Under the pieces are notes generated by a model, which worked only from the letters and a program-made list of their open reading frames with translations, was not told the DNA's origin and ran no database searches. Of a stretch of DNA of 64,000 bases, positions 41,593 to 50,311 are shown piece after piece. Each line of letters opens with the position of its first letter. Position 1 is the stretch's first letter. The translations under genes were made by a program, and so were the position numbers. Source of the DNA: a bacterium (lineage in GTDB: Bacteria > Electryoneota > Electryoneia > Electryoneales > Electryoneaceae); contig OY769902.1 in the NCBI GenBank assembly GCA_963669175.1, positions 4,672,001-4,736,000 on the forward strand, written 5' to 3'.

Positions 41593-43752
41593 ATGTTCAG
41601 GCGGCTGGCACTTCTTGCAGGTTGGTTTCTGTTGTTTGCCTCACTGGCCCAGGCTGGTGAAATACTGCATCATTTTCCCCGGGAAGCGGTGCGGAAGATG
41701 ACCGGAACCTTACAGGTCCAGACACAGATGAAGCTTGATCTGCAATCGGGCAAACGTACTTTCTGCACACCGGCCCTGCTGCCACGTGGTAACAACTCCG
41801 AAGCCCTGTCTGATATGCTGGTCTTCGTGCATACTCCCACCTGTCCCGAACCGGCGCAATTGGCTGAATTGGAGAAGCTGAACATCCGGGCGATTCTGGC
41901 AGACTGGATTCCGCCGATGGAGAATCACCCTGACGGCTTTTTCCTGGCGCAGGTTCCGTTGGAGATGCTGGATGAGCTGGCCTTGCTGCCCTGGGTAAGC
42001 TGGCTGGGCAGTGGCGAGCAAGCGCTGTTTCCGCACAATGATCTTGCCGCCCAGGGTACCGGCGCTATCGTTCTACGTGACAGTTCGGATTTTGGCGTGA
42101 CCGGTGCGGGAGTGCGTGTTGGTGTGTTTGATTCCGGCCTGGATGTTACCCATGCGGATTTCCCCGAACCAGTTGTTGCTGTAGATTATTCAGCCTGGCC
42201 GGACAGTGATTTTGTTGTGACCAATACCGTTACCGGACATGGCACTCACACCGCAGGGACGGTGCTGGGACGTGGTGTTTTATCCGGCGGAAAATACTCC
42301 GGCATGGCGCCTGATGCTGAACTGGTGTTTATCAAAATCGGCGATGATGCCGAAGCATTGGAAACATCAGCGGGCGTAGCACATTCCTATATAGCCGCCA
42401 CTGACTATTATAACTGTGACATCACGTCCATGAGCTACGGCTTCTGGAACGATTTTCTCGATGGCAGCATGGAGATGGAACAAGCTGTAGACTATGCGTC
42501 TGAACAGGGCGTACTGGTGTTCTGTTCCGCGGGAAACAGCGCTCAGAATCATTATCACTTCAGTGACACACTTGCTGCTGATGCCAGTAGTGAGTTTATT
42601 CCGCTATCCATTCACAGCAATCCTGATTCCAACTTTGTCCTGATCAATCTGGTTTGTGTGGATGATGCCGATACATCTATTCATAGCCCGTTCAGCCTGA
42701 AATTGTATTATCAGAACATGGATTCCGTTTCATGTATGCTGACCGAACAGGTTCAGAGTCCACGAGGAACAGAATCACGAATCCTGATCAGTGACAACTA
42801 CCAGACATTCACCTGGGATACCTGGTATGTTCAGGTTACCAATGAATCCGGCAGCGATCTGACCTATCACCTGTACCTTAATCTCCAGGAATACATCGCC
42901 CCCGAAAACTGGTCAACCTACAGTTTTGTTAATGCTGATCCCATGTACACCGTCGGCGCTCCGGCTATAGCGGACCAGGCCATTGCAGTTGCTGCGTATA
43001 CCACTCGAACTGTGTACATGGATTATCTCGGGGAAGTTCATGACATGGGCGGATACCTTGAGGATCTCGCCTATTTCAGCAGTATGGGGCCACGCGTGGA
43101 TGGGGTGCAGAAACCCGAAGTCGCTGCACCGGGTCGCTATCTTGTTTCCTGCCGTGACCAGGATGTCGTGCAGATGAACACAAATTTCGACAGGTATATC
43201 TTAACCAACCCACCCGATTCTATAGGTGTTCCGGCTGATTATTACATTGCCCAGGGCACCTCGATGGCCTGCCCCGCGGCCGCCGGAACTGCCGCGCTCC
43301 TGCTGGAGAATGTCGATCCTGAATTCCATCAGGATATTCGTGGGCTGTTGTTAAGCCAGGCGCGTGAAGATGAATTCACCGGCACAACCCCAAATGACAC
43401 CTGGGGATATGGCAAACTGGATGGGGAAGCCGTATGGAATGCGTTCCATACTGATATTGGTGAGAGTGGAAACGACTTCAGCCCTCAACAGTTCCGGCTG
43501 GAGCGGCCCTATCCCAATCCCTTTAACAATAACGTCACTATCAGGTTCCAGATACCTTCTGCATCCACCCTGCTTGTCGAAGTGTATGATGTATTAGGCA
43601 GAAAAGTACAGACGGTATTTTCAGGACGCACATCCACCGGTTTCCATCAATACAATATTGATCTGAGCCAGCATGCCGGTGGAGTGTATTTTGTTCACGC
43701 ACGTACGAACACGGGTCATTTCGCGTCCAGAAGGATCGTTCATATTCCGTAA
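41593..43752 (+). CDS. S8 subtilisin-like serine peptidase with a C-terminal PNPFN sorting domain
   Basis: Triad VFDSG, GHGTH, GTSMA; oxyanion SAGN; FSSMGP..KPEVAAPG; WGYGK; YPNPFN. Confidence 0.93.
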   Translation: MFRRLALLAGWFLLFASLAQAGEILHHFPREAVRKMTGTLQVQTQMKLDLQSGKRTFCTPALLPRGNNSEALSDMLVFVHTPTCPEPAQLAELEKLNIRAILADWIPPMENHPDGFFLAQVPLEMLDELALLPWVSWLGSGEQALFPHNDLAAQGTGAIVLRDSSDFGVTGAGVRVGVFDSGLDVTHADFPEPVVAVDYSAWPDSDFVVTNTVTGHGTHTAGTVLGRGVLSGGKYSGMAPDAELVFIKIGDDAEALETSAGVAHSYIAATDYYNCDITSMSYGFWNDFLDGSMEMEQAVDYASEQGVLVFCSAGNSAQNHYHFSDTLAADASSEFIPLSIHSNPDSNFVLINLVCVDDADTSIHSPFSLKLYYQNMDSVSCMLTEQVQSPRGTESRILISDNYQTFTWDTWYVQVTNESGSDLTYHLYLNLQEYIAPENWSTYSFVNADPMYTVGAPAIADQAIAVAAYTTRTVYMDYLGEVHDMGGYLEDLAYFSSMGPRVDGVQKPEVAAPGRYLVSCRDQDVVQMNTNFDRYILTNPPDSIGVPADYYIAQGTSMACPAAAGTAALLLENVDPEFHQDIRGLLLSQAREDEFTGTTPNDTWGYGKLDGEAVWNAFHTDIGESGNDFSPQQFRLERPYPNPFNNNVTIRFQIPSASTLLVEVYDVLGRKVQTVFSGRTSTGFHQYNIDLSQHAGGVYFVHARTNTGHFASRRIVHIP

Positions 43753-43814
43753 TAGTATTGCTATGCGTGAGAACAAACTGTCATGATATAATCCAACGAA
43801 CGGTTTTCTGGTGA

Positions 43815-44049
43815 TTGGGAAGAAGGATATGGAAAAAGAGGACTGCCTCCTTTCCCTTGGATCAAGTCGTCCCGTTGTGTTTAAAGATTGGGAAAGGTGG
43901 CTGTACCCTTTTTCTTGCGAACAGGCAGGAATCACACGGAAAAGGGGACAGTTTCCTTTTCCATGAATGCTTCATAAGTGTTCTGAATGAGCGCGCGGAA
44001 AAGGATCCCGTCCCCTTTTCCCGGCAATATCCATTATGACGGAAATAAA
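43815..44049 (-). repeat. ~235-bp four-hairpin REP/BIME-like element, copy B (inverted relative to copy A)
   Basis: Reverse complement aligns with 17827-18061 across all four palindromes, the central linker and both flanks. Confidence 0.9.
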
Positions 44050-44097
44050 TTGTGAACAACTGCAGAAAAGACGCAACCACACTCGTGTTTTGAAAAA

Positions 44098-44910
44098 GTG
44101 ATCAGGACAGGTCATTTGCTGGATAAACTGAAAAAACGATTCTGGAGATCAAGAGAAGAATACCCTGGCTTCTTCGCTTCCTGGGGAAATCATTCGCCGG
44201 GTTGGGTCATGGTTTCCCATCTTTTCGGCGGACGTCGCGGTCTCATTCGAATCCTGATCCTGTTGTTACTTATCTTTTTTGTCCGTTCCCAGTTGTTCTG
44301 GTTCTTCCGTGTTGATTCCCAATCCATGGAAAATACTTTACTTCCCGGCGACGTTTTTGTCGTGAACAAAATCGCTTATGGTTTCAGAACCCCGGACTGG
44401 ATTGGGATTGGAGGTACTCCAGTTGGCTTCCGTATGGCCAGCCACTGGCTGTTTCAGATAACCGGTCCCAAGCCTGGCGATATTATCATCTTTCGTCATC
44501 CGGATGATTTTAATGACATATTTGTCAAACGTATCATCGCCACCGGTGGTCAGACAATAGAGATTCGCAACCGTGTTCTCATGGTTGACGGGAAAGAGGT
44601 TCCACCTCCCCCGGAATCCCGTTTCTCCCGCAGTGAGCCACTTCCCGAGTGGGTTGAAGAACAGGATATTTTTCCAGCGGGGGCTGGCAATCGCGACAAC
44701 TACGGTCCTGTTCAGGTTCCTTTCGGGACTGTTTTCGTCATGGGTGACAACTGTGACAATTCCTACGACAGCCGTTTCTGGGGTTTCCTTCCTGAACACA
44801 GGATTCTCGGACGCGCCATGATGATTTTTATTTCCGGGGAGCCTGGAGTCTCTTGGCTGTCACTCTCTGAGAAGCTTCGTTTCTCACGTGTTTTCAGGTG
44901 GATATATTGA
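44098..44910 (+). CDS. lepB: Signal peptidase I
   Basis: SQSMENTL.PGD, GDIIIF, FVKRII, MGDNCDNSYDSRFWG; start uncertain (GTG 44098 or ATG 44209). Confidence 0.92.
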   Translation: MIRTGHLLDKLKKRFWRSREEYPGFFASWGNHSPGWVMVSHLFGGRRGLIRILILLLLIFFVRSQLFWFFRVDSQSMENTLLPGDVFVVNKIAYGFRTPDWIGIGGTPVGFRMASHWLFQITGPKPGDIIIFRHPDDFNDIFVKRIIATGGQTIEIRNRVLMVDGKEVPPPPESRFSRSEPLPEWVEEQDIFPAGAGNRDNYGPVQVPFGTVFVMGDNCDNSYDSRFWGFLPEHRILGRAMMIFISGEPGVSWLSLSEKLRFSRVFRWIY

Positions 44911-44925
44911 AATGATATTTTCTTG

Positions 44926-45016
44926 GAAACTAGGGACAGACGGTAGTTTTACAGGATGTAAATCACAATAATACAATACTATAGAATACTAAAAGCTACT
45001 GTCTATCCCTGGTTTC
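44926..45016. repeat. Imperfect 25-bp inverted repeat with a GGGACAG core
   Basis: gaaactagggacagacggtagtttt / aaaagctactgtctatccctggtttc around an AT-rich spacer. Confidence 0.7.
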
Positions 45017-45046
45017 TGGAGAGTCTCTTTTCGGGTGTGTTTTGTC

Positions 45047-45075
45047 TTGACAGGGTACAAGTGGAAGACTAACTT
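45047..45075 (+). promoter_or_regulatory. Putative sigma70 promoter of the tRNA-Ala/SRP RNA transcript
   Basis: TTGACA-N17-TAACTT about 30 bp upstream of the tRNA. Confidence 0.55.
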
Positions 45076-45105
45076 TGACGTTCGCCTCGGGAAGCGAGGT
45101 ACAGC

Positions 45106-45178
45106 GGGGCTGTAGCTCAGTTGGGAGAGCGATGCGTTCGCAACGCATAGGTCAGCGGTTCGATCCCGCTCAGCTCCA
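45106..45178 (+). tRNA. tRNA-Ala (anticodon CGC); CCA not encoded
   Basis: GGGGCTGTAGCTCAGTTGGGAGAGC, anticodon arm ATGCG-TTCGCAA-CGCAT, T-arm GGTTCGATCC, G3:U70 pair. Confidence 0.96.
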
Positions 45179-45240
45179 CATGACAGCGTAACCCGGTCAG
45201 CTTTGGCGGACCGGGTTTAGCATGCAGTGGCCTACAGTTT

Positions 45241-45512
45241 GGACGGTGCTCAGGCGGGGAGGTAGCGGTGCCCTACACCTGCAATCCGCTATAGCAGGGC
45301 TGACATCCCCGGTGAGGCCTACCGCCTTTATCTGATCTTTGTCGTTTCCGTGTTGATGGCCGGGTCCCGTGCAAGGACGACTCACCCAACCCCGTCAGAT
45401 CCGAGAGGAAGCAGCGGTCAGTGAACTCGTGCTGTGCCGCGGGGTTGCCTGGCAGGAGCGGAGTGATAAAGTGACGATAGATGGTAGGAGGTCGATCCGG
45501 GGCGCACCGTCT
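45241..45512 (+). ncRNA. ffs: Large (Alu-domain, Bacillus scRNA-type) SRP RNA
   Basis: Alu domain gcggggaggtagcggtgccctacacctgcaatccgctatagcaggg; helix 8 gtcagatccGAGAggaagcagc; terminal stem gacggtgc/gcaccgtc followed by a T-run. Confidence 0.93.
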
Positions 45513-45736
45513 CTTTTTTATCCCCTTCTTACTTCTCATCCTCGTTGTAATTCCTGAAGTTACAATTCCTCGCAAAGTGAGAAATTCTTGTAGAAAGAAC
45601 CAGAATCTTTCCCGGAGCCTTCTTGCTACCTTTGAGAAAAAAGTCTAATCGAATATTTCTAAGGACTTGACTTTTTCTCGTTGAAAAGCTACGTTTTAGG
45701 CAAAGTTTCTGTCGAAGACAGTGACCAGGGGAGATC

Positions 45737-46075
45737 ATGAACAACAATGTTGAGAATCTGCTCAAGGACATCCTCGAGAGCCAACGGGCGACACAGCGTT
45801 TGGTGCAGTTTCTCGCTCATCGTCAAGCACGCGAACTGATCATCCAACACCTTCCTAAAAGTGTTGAGAAGCGTGTCTATGAACTGTCTGATGGTGCGCG
45901 TTCTTCTCGGGACATCGAGCGGTTGATTGGCAAGGAAGTCACACAGCGTACGGTAGTTACCTGGTGGCAGAAGTGGAAGGAACTTGGGCTGGTTGAGAAC
46001 TCACCGACCTATTCCGGACGTGTGCGTCAATTGATTCCACTTGCCGATCTGGGCATCAACGCAGAAGACGAGTAG
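45737..46075 (+). CDS. Small hypothetical protein, probable winged HTH
   Basis: GGGGAG RBS; VYELSDG..SSRDIERL..VTQRTV..WKELGLV pattern. Confidence 0.7.
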   Translation: MNNNVENLLKDILESQRATQRLVQFLAHRQARELIIQHLPKSVEKRVYELSDGARSSRDIERLIGKEVTQRTVVTWWQKWKELGLVENSPTYSGRVRQLIPLADLGINAEDE

Positions 46076-46202
46076 TCTTTTCGTATTCCTCAAAAGCATA
46101 GATGATATGTGCTTCTTTTGAGTGAAGAACAAGAAGACTGTTTTGTTATGATTCTTATCCCCGCCAATGGCGGGTTTTCTGCTCTATCCTTTTGAGGCGG
46201 GA

Positions 46203-47015
46203 ATGGACAAGCTCCAGGAATACTACGCAACTCACAGAGAATTATTTGCTTCCGTAGCCCATTCTTCAGGCTTTTACAACCTTGGCTGGGTTGGTCCCGC
46301 ATTCCATGGCGATTTTGAGGCTGCCCAGCGTTCCATGGTTCACCGCGTCCTCGAATCATTGCGCCTGTCCCCGAAACCACTCCTGATCGATATCGGTTGT
46401 GGTCAGGGCGCTCCAGCCCTGTTGGCAGCAGAGACATACCAGGCGCAGGTGCTCGGCGTTGATATGCTGAAAGAGCAGATTGCCGAAGCTGAGAACAAAC
46501 GAAAACAGAAGCCTTCCATCTCAGTCACTTTTCTTGTCGGCAGCGCTCAAGCCATACCCGTCACAACCGACAGTGCTGATGGCGCCTACAGTATTGAAAG
46601 CGCTTTCCATTACCCGGACAAGACTGCTTTCCTGCAGGAAGCGGCAAGAATCCTGAAACCGGGTGCGCGTCTGGCTGTTGCGGATATCCTGATAAATGAG
46701 GGATATGAAAAGCACTGGACGCATGGCGGTTTCAAACGTGCGCTTTCCGCGCCAGAGTTATGGACAACTGCTCGGTATCGTGAAGAAGCTGTAAAAGCTG
46801 GGTTTACGCCACTACACGCTTATGATCTCACACGGGGAGTTATGCGTTCGCTAAGGTTGGCAGGTAAGAAGTTGTTCCCAAGAATTCCACGCCTGGTGCG
46901 TGAAGGTCACCCCATTTTTCAGCTATTTTTATTGCAGGCCGGTTTCATTCACCTGCTTTGGACTCATCCGCTGGTTCCTGCGAAATATCGTCTCCTGGTG
47001 TTTCAGAAACGGTAG
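46203..47015 (+). CDS. Class I SAM-dependent methyltransferase
   Basis: YNLGW, IDIGCGQG, SIESAFH, EAARILKPG; start at 46203 or 46167. Confidence 0.9.
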   Translation: MDKLQEYYATHRELFASVAHSSGFYNLGWVGPAFHGDFEAAQRSMVHRVLESLRLSPKPLLIDIGCGQGAPALLAAETYQAQVLGVDMLKEQIAEAENKRKQKPSISVTFLVGSAQAIPVTTDSADGAYSIESAFHYPDKTAFLQEAARILKPGARLAVADILINEGYEKHWTHGGFKRALSAPELWTTARYREEAVKAGFTPLHAYDLTRGVMRSLRLAGKKLFPRIPRLVREGHPIFQLFLLQAGFIHLLWTHPLVPAKYRLLVFQKR

Positions 47016-48747
47016 ACTGCTTGTCGTCAATAACACGCCAGGCCATATGTAAACGGTCTTTCGCAATGATATCAAAGATCCCCGTGGCGGCGCTGAAATA
47101 ACGCACCGGGTGTGTCGCTACCGGGGCGATGATAGGTTCATACATCAAATCTACAGGCCGATCAAAGCGAACCTTCCAGGTCGGCCAGGGTCCACCAAGA
47201 AGCGTAATTTCACGCACCTTCTTGATCTGGAGCGGCTTTTCAGCAGACTGATCAATGGCGCCTGCCTGTATCGTTCCGAATATCCCACCCGGCCAGATAA
47301 CAGGAAGCCGATGCGTTACTCTGCCGGGGACAAAGGTCTCAATCGTCAACGCGCCATCCTTCATCTCGATTTCGCGTTTGTACGCCAGTTTCTCTGATGA
47401 TTTCGAAGCTTGAGACCGTGCTGGCGGGAAAAGGCGCGTCGCCGTATCATCGCGACGATCCAGCATTAGGGGATAGCCCGACAAAGCCGGTACAGGCGGT
47501 TCCAACGGAATAGGAACAGCGTTCATCTCACCTTCGCAACTCCACGGATCCCTTGTTGAAACGTGCAACATGGACGCCAGCGTGGGCTGAAACATGGTAT
47601 CCTTGCCAAGCGCCCACGGTCCTTCCATTGTGGAAAGGCTGGCAGCAGACCCGAACACACGAGCCGATCCGCTGGGGTGATGATACATCCAACCGATTCC
47701 TGCGCCGCTACTGAGATGAATGGTCCAGTTCGTTAAGGATAGGATTTGATCGGAAGGCTGTTCTGTCTTCAGTTCATGATATTCATTCTCACGGCGCTCT
47801 TCCCAATCACGACGGGCAGCCAGACCGAACTGCGTGAGATATACCAGTGGTGTCAGATTAGGAATACCAGTATCCAGCATGGCATCGTACCACTGGTTGT
47901 CCCACCCGGCATCCAGGCCTTGGACAAGCTCCATCGCTTCCGGCACATATTCAGCGACCATCTCAAACCCGGCAACCAGGGGCATACAGGCGATGCAGGC
48001 CTCCACTCCCCCGCCAAACATCCCGTTGGGAAGCAAGGATCGACGACAGCGAGCAACCATGCGCGCCCAGATTGCGATCTCTTCTTCTGATGGGTTCCGT
48101 GCTTCCATCACCAGGAAAGCCAACGTCAGCGCCAGAACTCCGGCGTCCAGGCTTCGATTCTGCTCATCATCCAAGGCTTTTTCGATTACCGCGAAAGCTT
48201 CTTTCCGCGCAGATTCAACCTTGGTTATTACTTTCTGATCGTTCGTCCATGTACCCAGCGCCGCAAGCGCGGCAAAATGAACCGACCATGTTTCCAGACC
48301 GGGTGGCGGGTTATGTGACGCCAGGAAACGTCCCACTTTCTTCAGCATTCTTCGGGCACGATCCCGTATCAGACCGGGAACAAGATCACCTAACAGGATG
48401 AGTGTGCGAGTAACAGCATAGGCCCCATAGGCCGTGGAGAGGATATCGTCTTTCTTCCCCGGTATCTGCCTCAGGGCGCCATTGCCTTCCAAGAGAGAAA
48501 ACCACCCGTTTATTGCCCGGGACGCTGAAGATTCGACATCAACTACTTTAGCATCTTTTGGTAACGCGACGCGTAACTTGGCAGCAACCGCAAGCGTCAG
48601 GCAGATCTCCTGATACCGTGGATTGGCAATACCACGCCGGGTATAACCGGTATCCAGAATGCCCTTCTGTCCAGCTTGCTTTGCTCGACTCAAAGCGTGC
48701 CGGATAGCTTGTTTCACCAGTTTTTCGCGTCGTTCGCTACCGTCCAT
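46945..48747 (-). CDS. Hypothetical protein (helical N-half, beta-rich C-half)
   Basis: 600-aa ORF starting 4 bp after the murJ-like stop; no family recognised. Confidence 0.7.
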   Translation of the reverse strand: MDGSERREKLVKQAIRHALSRAKQAGQKGILDTGYTRRGIANPRYQEICLTLAVAAKLRVALPKDAKVVDVESSASRAINGWFSLLEGNGALRQIPGKKDDILSTAYGAYAVTRTLILLGDLVPGLIRDRARRMLKKVGRFLASHNPPPGLETWSVHFAALAALGTWTNDQKVITKVESARKEAFAVIEKALDDEQNRSLDAGVLALTLAFLVMEARNPSEEEIAIWARMVARCRRSLLPNGMFGGGVEACIACMPLVAGFEMVAEYVPEAMELVQGLDAGWDNQWYDAMLDTGIPNLTPLVYLTQFGLAARRDWEERRENEYHELKTEQPSDQILSLTNWTIHLSSGAGIGWMYHHPSGSARVFGSAASLSTMEGPWALGKDTMFQPTLASMLHVSTRDPWSCEGEMNAVPIPLEPPVPALSGYPLMLDRRDDTATRLFPPARSQASKSSEKLAYKREIEMKDGALTIETFVPGRVTHRLPVIWPGGIFGTIQAGAIDQSAEKPLQIKKVREITLLGGPWPTWKVRFDRPVDLMYEPIIAPVATHPVRYFSAATGIFDIIAKDRLHMAWRVIDDKQSTVSETPGDDISQEPADESKAGE

Positions 48748-48751
48748 TTGC

Positions 48752-50311
48752 CTACCGTTCTGCGATTTTCTTCAATCGTTTTAAATGGTTCCGGCCTGCC
48801 GGAAGGATCAGGCTGATCAGGAACCAGGCGCCAACTGTCACGGCTACCAGGATTATACCATTCAAATAGGGACCAAATCCAAGGGGTAACGCTTTTAATC
48901 CAATAAACAGGATTAACGCCGATCCCCACCAGGTCAACAGGCTCTTCCAGCATTTCCAGGTCAGCTTCCCAGGCAGGAACGGCAGCAGGAACAGGATAGA
49001 GCCAAACTGCGCGAAAGCCTGTGCCAGACCAACACCCGCCAGACCAAAAACCTTTGATAAACCAAAAGCCAGTCCGATATTCAATAATGAAGCTGTTACA
49101 CTGACAAACAGCAACAGACGATTCCGTCCCTGGGCGTTGAATACCCTGAAAACAAGCGGCATGACCAGGCCGGTCCACAAGGCCGGACTCCAGCCGATCA
49201 ACGCTCCCCCGGTTTTTTGTATCGCTTCCGCATCAAATTTGCCATATCCGAATACAATATCTACCACGGTAAACGAGTGAGCCGCCAGCAGGGCGACCAT
49301 CGGTAATAAAATCCAGAGGGTCACATCCAGCATGGATGAAATTTCACGTCCCACATCCTGCATTCGTTTCAGCTCGATCATTTCACTGAATCGTGGCAAT
49401 ACCATTCGCAACAGGATCATCCCTAGTGTCATAGCCGGTGTTTCTACCAGGAAACGTGCGAAATACAACGCAGCAATTGATCCCGCGCCCAATTCCAAAT
49501 CGGAAACAATAGGCTTTTCCAGGAAAACACGAAGCTGTGTCAGAATAGACATCACCAGCAGTGGCCAGTAATCCCGGAAAAACGGCGTCAAAACTTTCCC
49601 GATTCTCCGCATGGTTGGCCGGGCTTTGCCGCGAATCCATTTTCGCGCATCCAGCCACATGGCTATCAGCGCTATCAACAACGAGACACAATAGCCGATA
49701 CTAAGCCATGTCACAGGAAGCCATTCGTTCCCGACAGCTACCGCGATGATGATCGTTCCTGAATTCAGGATAAATGACATCACGGAAAACAGGCGGAACC
49801 TGTGAACGCTCATCAGGATGTAGCCCGCCAGGAAGGTCGCAATCGTCAGGGGAATAGCCGGAGAAATCCAGCGAATCAGTGAGGATACTACCTTTGCCTC
49901 TTCCGGACGATAATTCGGAACCTGAAGAATTGCCATTATTTCCGAGAAGTAGCCCATGAAGAAGGCAACGACTATCCCGGATAAAATCCCTATCCATGCC
50001 AGGCTGCGTATCAGCAAAAGCGAATCATGTCGTAACCCTCGCACCCGCCAGCGTGACAACAGGGCAACCAGAGATACTTCAACATGATTTCCGAACAGGA
50101 CGGCATAGCTGTTTCGGGTCAACTCAAGCGCGACACGGTAGGCATCGGCGACAATTCCGGTGCCAAAGAAATAAGCCAGCAGCATTTCACGGACAAAACC
50201 GGTCGCTTTGCCCATCAGGGTCAGGAAGGTCAGGAACACTCCCTCCCGCAACCATCCGCCCGTGATCGGCCCACTCGCAGCGCTGCCGTTATTTTCCTTC
50301 CTGCTTGCCAT
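48752..50311 (-). CDS. MurJ/MviN-family flippase
   Basis: GKATGFVREMLLAYFFGTGIVADAY, LPRFS, GKFDA, multiple TM helices; TGATG coupling to the upstream gene. Confidence 0.85.
   Translation of the reverse strand: MASRKENNGSAASGPITGGWLREGVFLTFLTLMGKATGFVREMLLAYFFGTGIVADAYRVALELTRNSYAVLFGNHVEVSLVALLSRWRVRGLRHDSLLLIRSLAWIGILSGIVVAFFMGYFSEIMAILQVPNYRPEEAKVVSSLIRWISPAIPLTIATFLAGYILMSVHRFRLFSVMSFILNSGTIIIAVAVGNEWLPVTWLSIGYCVSLLIALIAMWLDARKWIRGKARPTMRRIGKVLTPFFRDYWPLLVMSILTQLRVFLEKPIVSDLELGAGSIAALYFARFLVETPAMTLGMILLRMVLPRFSEMIELKRMQDVGREISSMLDVTLWILLPMVALLAAHSFTVVDIVFGYGKFDAEAIQKTGGALIGWSPALWTGLVMPLVFRVFNAQGRNRLLLFVSVTASLLNIGLAFGLSKVFGLAGVGLAQAFAQFGSILFLLPFLPGKLTWKCWKSLLTWWGSALILFIGLKALPLGFGPYLNGIILVAVTVGAWFLISLILPAGRNHLKRLKKIAER

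Noticed and set aside
18062-43814. Composite transposon bounded by the two inverted 235-bp elements
   Set aside because: The interior holds housekeeping genes (tsaD, dapF, tkt) and no transposase; no target-site duplication was evident.
45197-45575. Short ORFs 45197..45385, 45273..45575 and 45369..45557
   Set aside because: They overlap the SRP RNA gene and are spurious.
45106-46075. Genomic island integrated at tRNA-Ala
   Set aside because: No integrase and no duplicated tRNA 3' end were seen in the window; the SRP RNA follows directly.
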